From: Malacoraja senta
Taxonomy: Eukaryota
NCBI GenBank assembly: GCA_038087875.1
Contig: JAXLNO010000504.1
Coordinates: forward strand, 46,273-66,272
Length of the DNA stretch: 20,000 nt
Direction: 5' to 3'
The stretch's first letter is position 1, and every line of letters begins with the position of its first letter. The notes under the pieces are model-generated. The model was not told the DNA's origin. It saw only the letters and a list, made by a program, of their open reading frames with translations, and made no database searches. Made by a program: the position numbers and the translations under genes. This document shows positions 1-10,504 of the stretch, piece after piece.

Positions 1-244
1 TCACTGGAAACGCGATCTAATTAATGGAAGAGTAAAAACCAACAAGCACTAGAAGTACAACGGGAGTTCCGCGGCTGAAACCACCTGCCCCAGGGGAAGA
101 GGAGCGAGGGCAATCCGACAGCATCTCCTGTCAGGTTCCGTGACTCCAGGAGACCAGACCGCGCAGCACGTGGAGATTTCTATCCTCTATGGGAATTGAT
201 TGAACCAAATGACGTCTCACAACAGTCTTCTCAAGCTACCAAAT

Positions 245-332
245 GACATAGAGTGTCAGCGTGGAAACTGGCCCTTCAACCCAACTTGCCCACGTCGACC
301 AACATGTCCAATCTACACTAGTCATACCTGCT
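245..332 (-). mobile_element. Short degraded CR1-type LINE/SINE 3' tail fragment
   Basis: gacatagagtgtcagcgtggaaactggcccttcaacccaacttgcccac...ctacactagtc resembles the reverse-complemented CR1 3' tails at ~2990 and ~9990. Confidence 0.6.
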
Positions 333-1496
333 TTCGATATGTCGATATTTCTCCAAACATTGATGCGAGTTCCCCAGAGACAGGGGTAGGGGTTACATCC
401 CGGTCTCCTTGTGAATCACCTGGAGCAGGATAAGAATCCATCATTTTCTTCCGTGTTATTGGTTGAGATTTCATCGTCGCTGCCCAGGCCAGCATTTATT
501 ACCTGTCACCAACTGTCCACTAGGTTGCACTGCGCCGTCTTCGTGGTCCGTTGTTGTTGTTCTTCTGAGCATGCCCCACGGTGCAGTTGGGAAAACACCT
601 ACTAGAGATGTCGACGGACACTTACTAGAGATCGTATGAAACCTCGAGTGGATTCTGCCTTTTATGTGTTCCAATCCCATGCATCTCCTGCCCTTCATAT
701 CCGTGGTTCATTAGGTTACTAAAGCGCATCGGTGTCATAGGATTGACTGCTACACAGGTGTGGCAGGAAATAGAATGGATGCGCTACTAATCAACCAATA
801 ACTTGGACACAGTCTACCGTCTGTGGCGTTATAAGGGAAATAACTCGATCAAACTCGATTTACAGAAGAACTTTGGGATTGAAGGACATGTGTCACTCGC
901 CGGGCGTTGTTTGCCCTCTGAGCTGTTCTGATATTCGTTGTCTTTGGGCGTTTCGGTTACTTCTAATTTTGATACAGGCCTTGGTGGTCAGTGACACGGC
1001 GATGGCAATGCCGCGACAATTAATGGAAAGTTGATAGATCTTCCGACGTTCGTAGTGATCATTGTCTGGACCATTCATGTCGTGAAGTTAGCCATCGCTT
1101 TACGACGGAATAAAACGCGAAAGTCGAAATACAGTATTCGGTGTCATAAGAAAGTCGCAGTGAATTAGTGTAAAGCGAGAAATCAAATGAATAATATACA
1201 TAAAATGAAGACTGGGATATTGCACGAGGAAGCACGAGCATCCAGCGCGCTGGGACAGGACAGTTCGGTCAGCGGCAGGTTATATGTTGCTCTGAATGCA
1301 AGCAGCCACCGACGCGGCCAAAGGCGAATCATCAATTTAATTTGCACTTGGGACTGGAATAGTGGGTGATCGATGATGGCCGGACATTGGCGCTTGAAAT
1401 GAATGCAATGTCTGGGTTGGCATTAAGGTAAACCAAACAGACGATAAAAACGTGTTTTATTTTGTTGAAGGCAGTGAAATTACAGGCTCCTGCATG

Positions 1497-1536
1497 CCCC
1501 CCCCCCCCCTCGCCACCACCCCCCCCCCCCCCCCCC
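1497..1536. repeat. Interrupted poly-C tract
   Basis: C13-tcgccacca-C18 read directly. It produces the poly-Gly run in ORF 1332..1715. Confidence 0.9.
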
Positions 1537-2027
1537 ATAGAAGCAGAGATACGCTGCCCGACCTGTTGTTGGTGGCCATCAAACATACGGCATTGTAGGC
1601 AGAGGGTCGCAGGGACAATGCGACTGCCGTCTCGGTGACTCAAGGGTGTACGTGGCCGTCTTTGTTCAGTATGAACGCTGACGGTCTCCACGTCGCCGAG
1701 GGTGTCACAGCCCAAGGTGATGGTGGCTGGAAGTCACGATCTCTGCAGTTGTGGGTAGCGGTTCAAAGGCCCGGGATTGCCCGCAGAGAGCCACAGTCAG
1801 GGAGATTGCGGGGGAGGAGCATCATCACCTGGCATTAAGGTTCAAGGATCAGGACAGCCGGAATCACTGGAACGGGCGAGATCAGAAGCTGTAGTTGGTT
1901 GACGTCCGGGAGATGACAATTGGAGAATTGGTTCGCAGTCGTTGAGTCAGCGGTACCTTGTAAATGAAGTACAGAATGTGAGACGCCGCAGCCAAATTGA
2001 GACACCGTGGTTCACCCGGGACTGCTC

Positions 2028-2935
2028 TCAGTGGGTGGAACTACTAATCAGCCGCACTACCCTTGTGACCGGATACTTCACCGCACGCTTCAACAGCTCC
2101 CTGAACTTGGACTGAGTCGCCGCGTAAATAAATGTGTTGGTGCAGCAGCTGCCGTTTCTCAGCCAATATCCGACTTGTCCAAATATCTTATCAGAATCGC
2201 TGGTGTCTTCTCCCGTGTCTCTGGTCTGAGTGTAGACGAATTCCACAACGTACGGCAGCCACAAGTGGATAAAACTGCCCGAGAGGGTGAAGAGTAAAAC
2301 CACAGACCTCCTCCTGCTCTCCATCTCCGGGTCACTGCAGTTCTGATCTTTGCTCTGACCTCTCAGCCTCTTCCGGACTCGGCTGGCAACTAAAATGTGC
2401 CGGACTGTCAGAGCGTTGAGGAAGAGAATTGCAACGAAAGGGAGGAACGGCGTTAAAACACGGTCGAACCAGCCAACTGCCACCCACCCGGGATCAGTGA
2501 AAGAACTTGGGTTCGGGAAGCAGCCCCACGCTACACCGTCGATAATCTCCCCAGGAATGTAGGTGAAGTAGTGGGGGACGTTTTTCAGACAGAGCAGAAC
2601 GCCGGTTGTTGCGAGAACGACAGTCGCTGTCTCGCCCGTGCAATATTTGGTTCTCAGGTTTTGGTAGCAAATGGCGACAGAACGATCAAAGGTGAAGGTG
2701 ACGGTGAACCAGACAGACCAGTCTGTGGCTGACCGGCGCAGAATGCGGATGACACGGCACACAGGGGTGATGTCCAGGAAACTCACCGGGAAATAATATT
2801 TATTGAGCTGGCTCAAAATGACCGCAGTGTTAATGATCAGTAGATCCGCCGCAGCCATAGCCACCAGGTAGCGAGTTGTGCAGGTAGAGAGGCCGCACTT
2901 TCCCCTGGACAGGATCACGATTGCCACGACATTCA
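2028..2935 (-). CDS. GPR139-like: Terminal coding exon (~302 aa, end of TM1 to C-terminus) of a GPR139-like rhodopsin-class orphan GPCR; first exon not located
   Basis: Open frame VNVVAIVILSRGKCGLSTCTTRYLVAMAAADLL...TPVC...SVWFTVTFTFDRSVAICY...TPFLPFVAILFLNALTVRHI...ESRRRSVVLLFTLSGSF...SCCTNTFIYAATQSKFRE. It has hydrophobic helices, the TM2 AADL, a DRY-like DRS, TM3 and ECL2 cysteines and an NPxxY-like NTFIY. Minus-strand acceptor ctaat...gtgtctttttccAG|TGAAT (AG at 2937-2936, phase 1) sits where receptor similarity begins. It is a paralog, not necessarily the GPR139 ortholog. Confidence 0.88.
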
Positions 2936-2984
2936 CTGGAAAAAGACACTTGGTATTAGTTGCAGATTCATACCGCAATGCGGT

Positions 2985-3367
2985 CCGGCCAATGGAGAAA
3001 TGACCGTCCGACCAATTCGTCCATGTCGACCAATTCACCCCAACTAAACCGGCGCCGGCCCATATCGCCCAAACTTTATTATCCATATAACTGTCCAAAT
3101 GTCTTTTAAATGTTGTTATTGTACCTGCCTAAACAATTTGATCTGACAGCGTTTTGCATATACCCACCATGCGTGTAAACGTTGCAACTCAGAATCGTAT
3201 TTTCCCTTTCCCCTCTCACCTTATGTACGAGAATTCTTGATGCCCCTATTGTGGGAAAAGGATTCGTCATCTATTCGACTCACGATTTTAGACATGATAG
3301 CAATACCGTTAGAATACTGGTCTCAAAATAATACAGCCCTAAAATACTTAATCTGTCCCCATAGCTC
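2985..3367 (-). mobile_element. Old, diverged CR1 LINE, 3' end (segment 1 of the host element of the nest)
   Basis: Degraded CR1 tail (ccatgtcgaccaa...ggcccatatc...tatccatataactgtccaaatgtcttttaaatgttgttattgtacctgcct). It ends at cccatagctc, which recurs at 9527-9536 where CR1-like sequence resumes. Confidence 0.7.
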
Positions 3368-3390
3368 TTGAATTAATGCTATTGAATAGC

Positions 3391-3464
3391 CCATTGAATT
3401 CATTTCCACATATCATGTCCCACTGAATTAATTTCCACATATCGTGTGCCAGTGAATTAATTTC
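3391..3464. repeat. 29-bp tandem repeat, ~2.5 copies
   Basis: ccattgaattcatttccacatatcatgtc / ccactgaattaatttccacatatcgtgtg / ccagtgaattaatttc. Confidence 0.85.
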
Positions 3465-4024
3465 TTTGTACGTTACGTCGAACAATCACGGTTCCAGGCG
3501 TACACTGGACCTATCCCCGAACTCTACGTTCGCTACATTGACGACTGCATCGGTGCTACGTCCTGCACCCATGCAGAACTCACTGACTTCATCAACTTCA
3601 CGACCAATGTCCATCCTGCACTGAAATTTACTTGGACCATCTCCGACATCTCACTGCCGTTTCTATATCTCACCGTCTCCATCACAGGAGCAGACATCTA
3701 CTATAAACCCAGTGACTCCCATAGGTCTCTAGACTACACTTTATCCCACCCTGCTTCCTGTAAAATCCCTATCCCCCACTCCCAATGCCTCCGTCTACGC
3801 TGCATCTATGCTAAGGATAAGATTTTCCATACCAGCGCATTGGAGATGTCCTCATTCTTTACGAAACGGGGGTTCCCCTTTCCATTGTAGATGAGGCTCT
3901 CACTTGGGTTTCCTCGATATCCCGCAGCTCGGCTCTTGCTCCCACTTCCCCAACTCGTAGCAAGGATGGAGTCCCCCTTGACCTCACCTTCCAACCCATC
4001 AGCCATCGCATACAGCATATAATC
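3465..4024 (+). mobile_element. Penelope-like retroelement, 5'-truncated, RT part (left of the Gypsy insertion)
   Basis: Manual translation from 3465: FVRYVEQSRFQAYTGPIPELYVRYIDDCIGATSCTHAELTDFINFTTNVHPALKFTW...YYKPSDSH...HP...RLRCI...RGFP. RYIDD is at 3531-3545. The frame is broken near 3890. From ~3865 it aligns with 16056 onward. Confidence 0.9.
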
Positions 4025-4228
4025 TGTAGATGATATATGCATGTGCCTTTAACATAGTGACCTCATACCTACTAACCACTCCCCATATCACAAGTATAAC
4101 TACAACCTCCCCACCCACAGATCGCTCTCTAGTTCCTGTGACAGACCACGTACAGCTAGTGCAATATGTAATGCTCCAGTATGAATAAAGATAGTAAAGT
4201 AACGATGTCTCGTTAAATCTTCTTTACA
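4025..4228 (+). repeat. 5' LTR (204 bp)
   Basis: Direct repeat of 8562-8765 with one mismatch (T4218 vs G8755). TATAA at 4095-4099 and AATAAA at 4184-4189. Confidence 0.97.
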
Positions 4229-4238
4229 TGGTGTCAGA
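4229..4238 (+). promoter_or_regulatory. Primer binding site, tRNA-Leu-like
   Basis: TGGTGTCAGA directly after the 5' LTR, complementary to the ...UCUGACACCA 3' end of vertebrate tRNA-Leu(CAA) as I recall it. The match is only 10 nt. Confidence 0.8.
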
Positions 4239-4324
4239 CCACTTACCTTGCGCCTCCTGTCTATCGGTTTATCATTTAATTTTGTCCCAGTTTTTTGTTT
4301 CCCCTGCCTTCTCATTTCCTCGTT

Positions 4325-7300
4325 ATGGCCACTTCTGCCCGTAAGCCTGATGTGCTCGTTTTCGATTTAGACATTGCCCTTCGATGGGATGTCTTCAAAC
4401 GTGACTTTGAACACTATGTCACGATCGCTCATCCTGCCGCCACCCCAGAGCTCAAAGCCTCTCTGCTTCTCAACTTGCCTGGTCCCGAGGCCCTGACTCG
4501 ATCTGACTTCTTCGTCTACGCTGCGGGAGAATCTGCTCGGGACCCGGTATGTCTGGTGGCTAAGTTTAATGCTATTTGTGATATTCCAACAAACTGCATC
4601 TTAGAACGTTTTAAACTGTTCGCGCGGCGTCAGCTCCCTGGGGAATCTGCAGAGAACTATGTCTCTGCGCTGCGACACCTGGCCAGGCGCTGCCGCCTCA
4701 ACACGTTGACCCCCGAGGAGATTATCAGGGACCTTCTGGTTTACGGTCTCCGCGATGATAAGCTCAGGGCCGAACTTCTGCGGAAGCCCGATCTGACTTT
4801 CAACGATGCGATGCACGCCACCCGCTTAGCTGAGGCTGTCACCTCGGCGGTGTCACCGGCTGAGCAGGCGATTAACCTTGCCAGCACTTCCAGTCGGCTG
4901 ATGAACACGCCCCGGTCGCGGCCCCCGGGGTCGCTCGCTGCTCAAGGGGGACGTGCCCCGGGGTTCGGTACTGCTCCCGGGGGAGGTGCCCGGCAAAGGT
5001 GCCCTAATTGCAACTTCACCACTCATCAATACAATGTGTGCCCTGCCTTGGGTAAAACGTGTTATGTCTGCAAGAAATTGAACCATTTCGCTGCGGCCTG
5101 TCGTTCCCGTGGGAAGCCTGTCGCTGCTCCGAGGGGCAATGTAAACAACCTTTTACAAACTGATAATGAGTTCAGCTCCCCGTGCTATTTCGACGAACCG
5201 TCTGTATCTGAATCCAACTCCTCTCAGGGGGAGAACAGCTTGTATACTGTGTTGGGCGCACCTGCTATGATAACGGACCCTTCTGTGCGAGTCACTGTGA
5301 ACAACTCGACCTTCACTGCTAAGATTGACACCGGGGCCGTTGCGAACGTTATGTCAACAACACTCTTCAAACAGATAAGAACTAATGAGCAGATTTTTTC
5401 TGACAGCTCAACCTTGCATGCCTACGGGGGAGCGATTCTTACTCCTGTGGGCAAGGCTACGCAAAGCTGCAAGATACTACAGTCCTCTCGGCCCCTCACC
5501 TTCTATCTCCTCGATCAAAAATGCATTACCCTGCTGGGTATCCGGGCATGCCAGGAAATGGGCCTGGTATCCTTCCACCGTGACATCCACCAGGTGCAGG
5601 CCCTCATGGACCCGTTGGCCGAATATCCCGACCGCTTTGATGATGAGCTGGGCAAACTGCCCTGCAGCTACAAGAGTGTAGTGGACCGTAAGGTCGATTC
5701 AGTGGTCAATGGAGCTCAACGTGTCTCCTTCGCCATGAAGGCCAGAGTGGAGTCGACACGACACAGTATGGTAAAAATGGGAATCCTAAAGGCGGTCATC
5801 GAGCCCACCAGGTGGGTCTCTACCATGGTTGTTGCCGCGAAAAAGGACAAGAGCGAGATACGCATCTGCATCAACCCCAAAGACCTCAACCTGGCCATTA
5901 GACGCCCGCACTACCCTATGAGAACGGTAGAAGAAGTCGCTGCACAGGTTGGCCCGGCAACGGTTTTTTCTGTCCTCGATGCCAAAAGCTCCTTCTGGCA
6001 AATACCACTTGACGAGCAGTCGTCCATTTTGACAACTTTCGCCACCCCCTTCGGCAGATTTCGGTTTCTCCGAATGCCATTCGGAATCAACTCTGCCAGC
6101 GAGGTATTTCAACGGACAATGGAGCAGCTGTTTTCAGATCGACCATGCGCCATCATCGTTGACGACATCCTCGTTTACGGTAAGGACGTTGCCGAACACG
6201 ATGTCAACCTCCGCCAGGTCCTGGACCGGGCCCGGGAAATCAACTTGAAACTGAACCTCAAGAAGTGCCGATTTCGCGTCCCGGAGGTCACCTATGTTGG
6301 ACATGTATTCACCGCCGAGGGGCTAAAACCAGACCCGCAAAAGACGGCTGCCATTTCCGGGATGCCTTCTCCTACTAATGTGGCAGGCCTACAACGCTTC
6401 CTGGGCATGGTAAACTACCTGGGGAAGTTCATCCCCGACCTCAGCGAGCTCAGCGCTCCCCTGAGTGATTTTATAAAAAAGGACACGTCCTGAGCTTGGT
6501 TCCCCCACCACCAGAGAGCATTCGACATCCTTAAATCCAAGCTAATCAGCACCCCCACACTCAAGTTTTTTGACCTGCAGCGTCCCATTGTCCTCACCTG
6601 CGACGCCTCTCAGTTCGGACTCGGTGCCGCCTGTCTCCAGGTCCATGTCGGCCTACAGCTGCCTGTCTCCTTCGCTTCCCGCACCATGACCACCACCGAA
6701 CAGCACTACGCGCAGATCGAGAAGGAGCTACTGGCCGTGGTGTTTGCCTGCTCCAAATTCAAAGACTACATCCTGGGCAACACTTTCACCATTGAAACTG
6801 ACCACCAGCCGCTTGTCACCATTCTCAACAAGTGGATCCATGCCGCCTCATCACGCCTGCAGCACATGATGCTGCAGCTCCAACGGTTCAATGTCGTTTA
6901 TCGTAAGGGCAAGGACATGTTCGTGGCCGACACGTTGTCTCGCGCCGCGCTAACGTCCACCGTTCGCCACCCATATGAGATGTCTGATCTAATGGTGCTC
7001 CAAGTGAACATCGTCCCTTCACAGCAGATGAAGTCCCTGGTTGAACACACTACCAATGACCCTGCCCTGCAACAGCTTTCTGCCGTCATCCAGCGGGGCT
7101 GGCCCGACCGTCGTTCCGCGCTGCCGGCTGGCGCCGTGCCCTACTTCCTGGTCCGTGACGAGCTCGTACTACACGACGGTGTGGTGGTGAAGGGTCACAA
7201 GGTGGTCGTGCCCGCTGCGCTGCATGACCACTATTTTCAGGTCGCTCACTGCGGACATCCTGGGGCCGAAGCCACCGTGTCTCTCGCCCGGAGCCAGTTC

Positions 7301-8492
7301 TATTGGCCGGGTATGGCCAAATACATCCGGGAGAGGGTCTCCTCGTGTTCCACCTGCAACAGTCTCGCCCCCCACCAGCAGCGCCAGCCGCTTCTGCAGC
7401 AGCCCGCGCCCGAACTGCCCTGGATGGCGGTTGCCATCGACATTTTCGAGTGGCGAGGCAAACACTTCCTGGTTCTCGTTGACTCCTACTCCAGCTGGTT
7501 CGAGGTCGACCGGCTGCATTCCATAACCTCTTCAGCCATCATCGACAGGTTATACCCTCATTTTGGCACTTTTGGCCCCCCGGCAAGCCTGCAGTCGGAC
7601 AATGGCAGCCAGTTTACGAGCTCCGAGTTTAAAGCTTTCGCTTCCAGGTGGAACTTCCACCATTTCACCAGCAGCCCGGAGTACCCGCAAAAGCAACGGT
7701 CTGGCCGAGCGTGCCGTCCGCAGTGCGAAGAACCTGCTGGAACAATGTGGTGGCATTAACTCCGATTTCTATCTGGCCCTCCTCAACCTCCGCCACATTT
7801 CCCGCGACTCTGCCATGGGTTCCCCTGCTCAGCGGCTCATGTCTCGCGCTACCAGACTCCCGCTCCCTGTGGCCCAGCGCTCCCTCATGCCCTCTGTCCT
7901 CACGCCTGCGGCGGTTCAGAAACGCATTGCCTTCAGGCACGATGTCCAAAAGCGTTCCCATGACAGGTCCTGCCACCCGCTGCCGCGCCTCTTCCCCGGT
8001 CAAGTTGTCCGTATGCAGACCCCTTCCGGTCACTCCAAGCTCGCTACCGTCGTCGGCTCTGCGGGGTCGCCCAGGTCTTATCTCGTCGACCATGCGGGAG
8101 CCATTTACCGACGGTCCCGCCAGCACCTTCGGCTCGTCAACGAGCCGCGTCCTCCTGCCGCGGATCCCTTTGCTCCCCCACTGCCGATTTCGCGTCCGGG
8201 CGATGCTCTGCCCGTCCTTCCTAACATGCAACGGTCTACACGACCTCAACTCCTTCCGTCCCACCCTACTCCGGCTAGTCCTCGCTAGCCTGCCCGCGCT
8301 CTTCCCGCTCCTGATCACGCATCACCTCCGCTTTTGGTGCCGCGGTCTCCTCCGTCTCCTCCCGTTTCCCCCTTTCAGGTTCGTCTGCCCCCATCGGTGC
8401 CTCTTCTTCCTGCCGGAAGGGAGGATGGCGAGATGTGAACCCGGTCGGGACGTCTTGTCAAACCGCCTGTCCGCTATGGCGATTTTGTTTAA
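4325..8492 (+). pseudogene. Disrupted gag-pol polyprotein (reconstructed ~1388 aa)
   Basis: ATG at 4325; knuckles CPNCNFTTHQYNVC and CYVCKKLNHFAAAC (~5000-5101); protease KIDTGA (D at 5327); RT LDAKSSFWQI, MPFGI, IIVDDIL (DD 6161-6166); RNase H CDASQFGLGA and YAQIEKELLA; integrase HCGHPG...CSTC, AIDIF, SDNG, AERAV; terminal TRSGRLVKPPVRYGDFV then TAA at 8490-8492. Lesions: TGA 6491-6493, +1 A in 7689-7692, TAG 8286-8288, TGA 8436-8438. Confidence 0.93.
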
Positions 8493-8549
8493 CTGTCCTA
8501 GCGCATGAGCCGTGGTCGCCCTGTCACTATTGTATTTGCCTGTCGTTTC

Positions 8550-8561
8550 GAAGGGGAAGGA
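8550..8561 (+). promoter_or_regulatory. Polypurine tract
   Basis: GAAGGGGAAGGA immediately before the 3' LTR. Confidence 0.92.
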
Positions 8562-8765
8562 TGTAGATGATATATGCATGTGCCTTTAACATAGTGACCT
8601 CATACCTACTAACCACTCCCCATATCACAAGTATAACTACAACCTCCCCACCCACAGATCGCTCTCTAGTTCCTGTGACAGACCACGTACAGCTAGTGCA
8701 ATATGTAATGCTCCAGTATGAATAAAGATAGTAAAGTAACGATGTCTCGTTAAAGCTTCTTTACA
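8562..8765 (+). repeat. 3' LTR (204 bp)
   Basis: 203/204 identical to 4025-4228 by manual comparison. Confidence 0.97.
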
Positions 8766-9526
8766 TAATCCTCCAACATTTTCGCTACCGTCGATCGCTA
8801 GTGGGATCCCACTACCGTCCACATCTTCTCATCTCTACCCCTTTGTGCTATCCGCAGAGACCGTTCCCTCCGCAACTCCCTGGTCAACTCGTCCCTTCCC
8901 ACCCAAACAACCCCCTCCCAAGGTACTTTTCCCTGCAACCGCAGGAGATGCAACACCTGTACCTTTACCCCCCCCCCCCCCCCGACTCCATCCATGCACC
9001 CTGACAGTCTTTTCATGTGAGACATCGATTGACTTGCACCTCCTCCAAACTCATCTACTGTATCTGCTGTTCCAGGTGTCAACACCTGTACATCGACGAG
9101 ACGAAGCGTAGGCTCGGCGATCCTTTCGCTGAACACCTCTGCTCAGTCAGCCTTAACCTACCTGATCTCCTGGTTGCTCATCACTTTAGTTCCCCCTCCT
9201 ATTCCCAATCCGAACTTTCTGTCCTGGGCCTCCATTATCATAGTGAGGCCCAGCGCAAATTGGAGGAGCAGCACATCATAGTTTGCGTCGGTAGCTTAAC
9301 CCCAACGGTATGAACATTGACTTCTCTAACTTCAAATAGCCCTTGCTTTCCCTCTCTCTCCATCCCTGTTCTCCCACCAGTCTTACCATCTCCGAATACA
9401 TTCTATCTCTGTCCCGCCACTCCCCTGACATCAGTTTGATAAAGGGTCTCGACCTGAAACGTTACCCATTCCTTCTCTCCAGAGACACTGCCTGTTCCGA
9501 TGAGTTACTCCAGCATTTTGTGTCTA
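8766..9526 (+). mobile_element. Penelope-like element, 3' part with GIY-YIG endonuclease and 3' terminal region
   Basis: Continues 3465-4024 across the TSD. Encodes LIYCICCSRCQHLYIDETKRRLGDPFAEHL (GIY-YIG-like), is frameshifted, and is collinear with 16200-16973. Followed by the duplicated CCCATAGCTC. Confidence 0.92.
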
Positions 9527-9987
9527 CCCATAGCTCATCAGTCATGGCAACAGCCTCATAAATCGTCTGCGCACTTTTTCTAGCTTACTGGCATATTTCC
9601 TATAGCAGATTGACCAGAACTGAACTCATTACTCCACATGCTGCTTCGTCCACTTCCTCTATCGCTGTAACATAACGTCTCAACTTCTAACTTAGTTCCC
9701 TGACCGATGGCCAGCATGTCAGAAGACTTCTTCAAGACCTTATCGATAGGCAACACATTTTCAGGGAACCTTGTCCTTATACTCCAAGATCCATATGCTC
9801 TAGATTACTCCAGGGGCTTGCCATTCTCTGTGGATGTCCTGCCCTGGTTTGACTTACAAAAATGCAAGACTGCACAATTATCTGAAATAAACTAAATTTT
9901 CCCTTTCTTGGCGCACTTGCCCAACTGATGAATAATCCGCTCCATGTTTTATTAACATTTTCACTGGTGAAAGGCCCTGGGCATTAA

Positions 9988-10132
9988 TCATAGAGACATA
10001 CACCATGGTGAAGTGTCCATTTACCCACTACGTCCATGTCGACAGAGACGCCCCATCTAAACTTGCCCCATGTTGGCCCATATCCCCAAACATTTCTTAT
10101 CCATGTACCTGTTTAAATGTCTGATTTACGTT
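9988..10132 (-). mobile_element. CR1-type 3' tail fragment
   Basis: atcatagagacatacaccatgg...gtccatgtcgac...ttggcccatatccc...tatccatgtacctgt, similar to 245-332 and 2990-3120. Confidence 0.65.
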
Positions 10133-10504
10133 GCCACCAGTGTCACCTGCAGATTTGCAAATCATGCCTTCTTGTTGATCTCGACGACAAAACCTCAATG
10201 GGTCCAGCACTGATGCCTCAGACATACTGCTGGTCACAGGCCTTCAGTCTTCCACCTGAAACAACCTTCCACCTCCACTCTCTACTTCATACACTGTAGG
10301 CAATTATGTACCCATCTCCAATGTACCCTGTATCCAATGCAGTGTAACTTTCCAGATCAGCCTGCAATGCAGAACAATCAAATGCCTTGCCGAAGTCCAT
10401 ATAGATCACGTCTACTGCCCAGCTCTCGTCAAGGTTCTTGGGTACCTCTTAACTATACTCAGTCAAGTTCGTGAGATACTATCTCCCATGCACATGACCA
10501 TGGT

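Larger units (their letters stand above)
4025..8765 (+). mobile_element. Full-length Ty3/Gypsy LTR retrotransposon (Mag-like), 4741 bp, 5-bp TSD TAATC
   Basis: Two 204-bp LTRs (TGTA...TACA), TAATC at 4020-4024 and 8766-8770, PBS, PPT, and domain order gag-PR-RT-RH-IN. The Mag assignment is inferred from two CCHC knuckles, a single ORF, short LTRs, the 5-bp TSD and a Leu-type PBS. Confidence 0.97.

Noticed and set aside
893..1078. ORF MNGPDNDHY... as first exon of a neighbouring GPR139-like gene
   Set aside because: No convincing TM1 segment and no suitably placed phase-1 donor.
1456..1461. Minus-strand AATAAA ~570 nt after the GPCR stop as its polyadenylation signal
   Set aside because: Plausible, but a lone hexamer cannot be supported without transcript data.
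2936..3098. N-terminal 54 aa of the 356-aa ORF (MDSYMDNKVWAIW...) as the receptor's real start, i.e. a single-exon gene
   Set aside because: It lies upstream of a good branch point and acceptor, derives largely from a degraded CR1 tail, and does not supply the missing part of TM1.
6491..6493. TGA as a programmed read-through between two functional ORFs
   Set aside because: It falls in the RT-RNase H linker at an expected Trp rather than at the gag/pol boundary, lacks the UGA-C context, and other lesions exist downstream.
7648..8508. Long overlapping ORFs (286 aa plus, 217 aa minus) as env or accessory genes
   Set aside because: They are shadow frames of GC-rich integrase sequence with no signal peptide or env-like organisation. 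The pol frame itself runs to 8492, just before the PPT.
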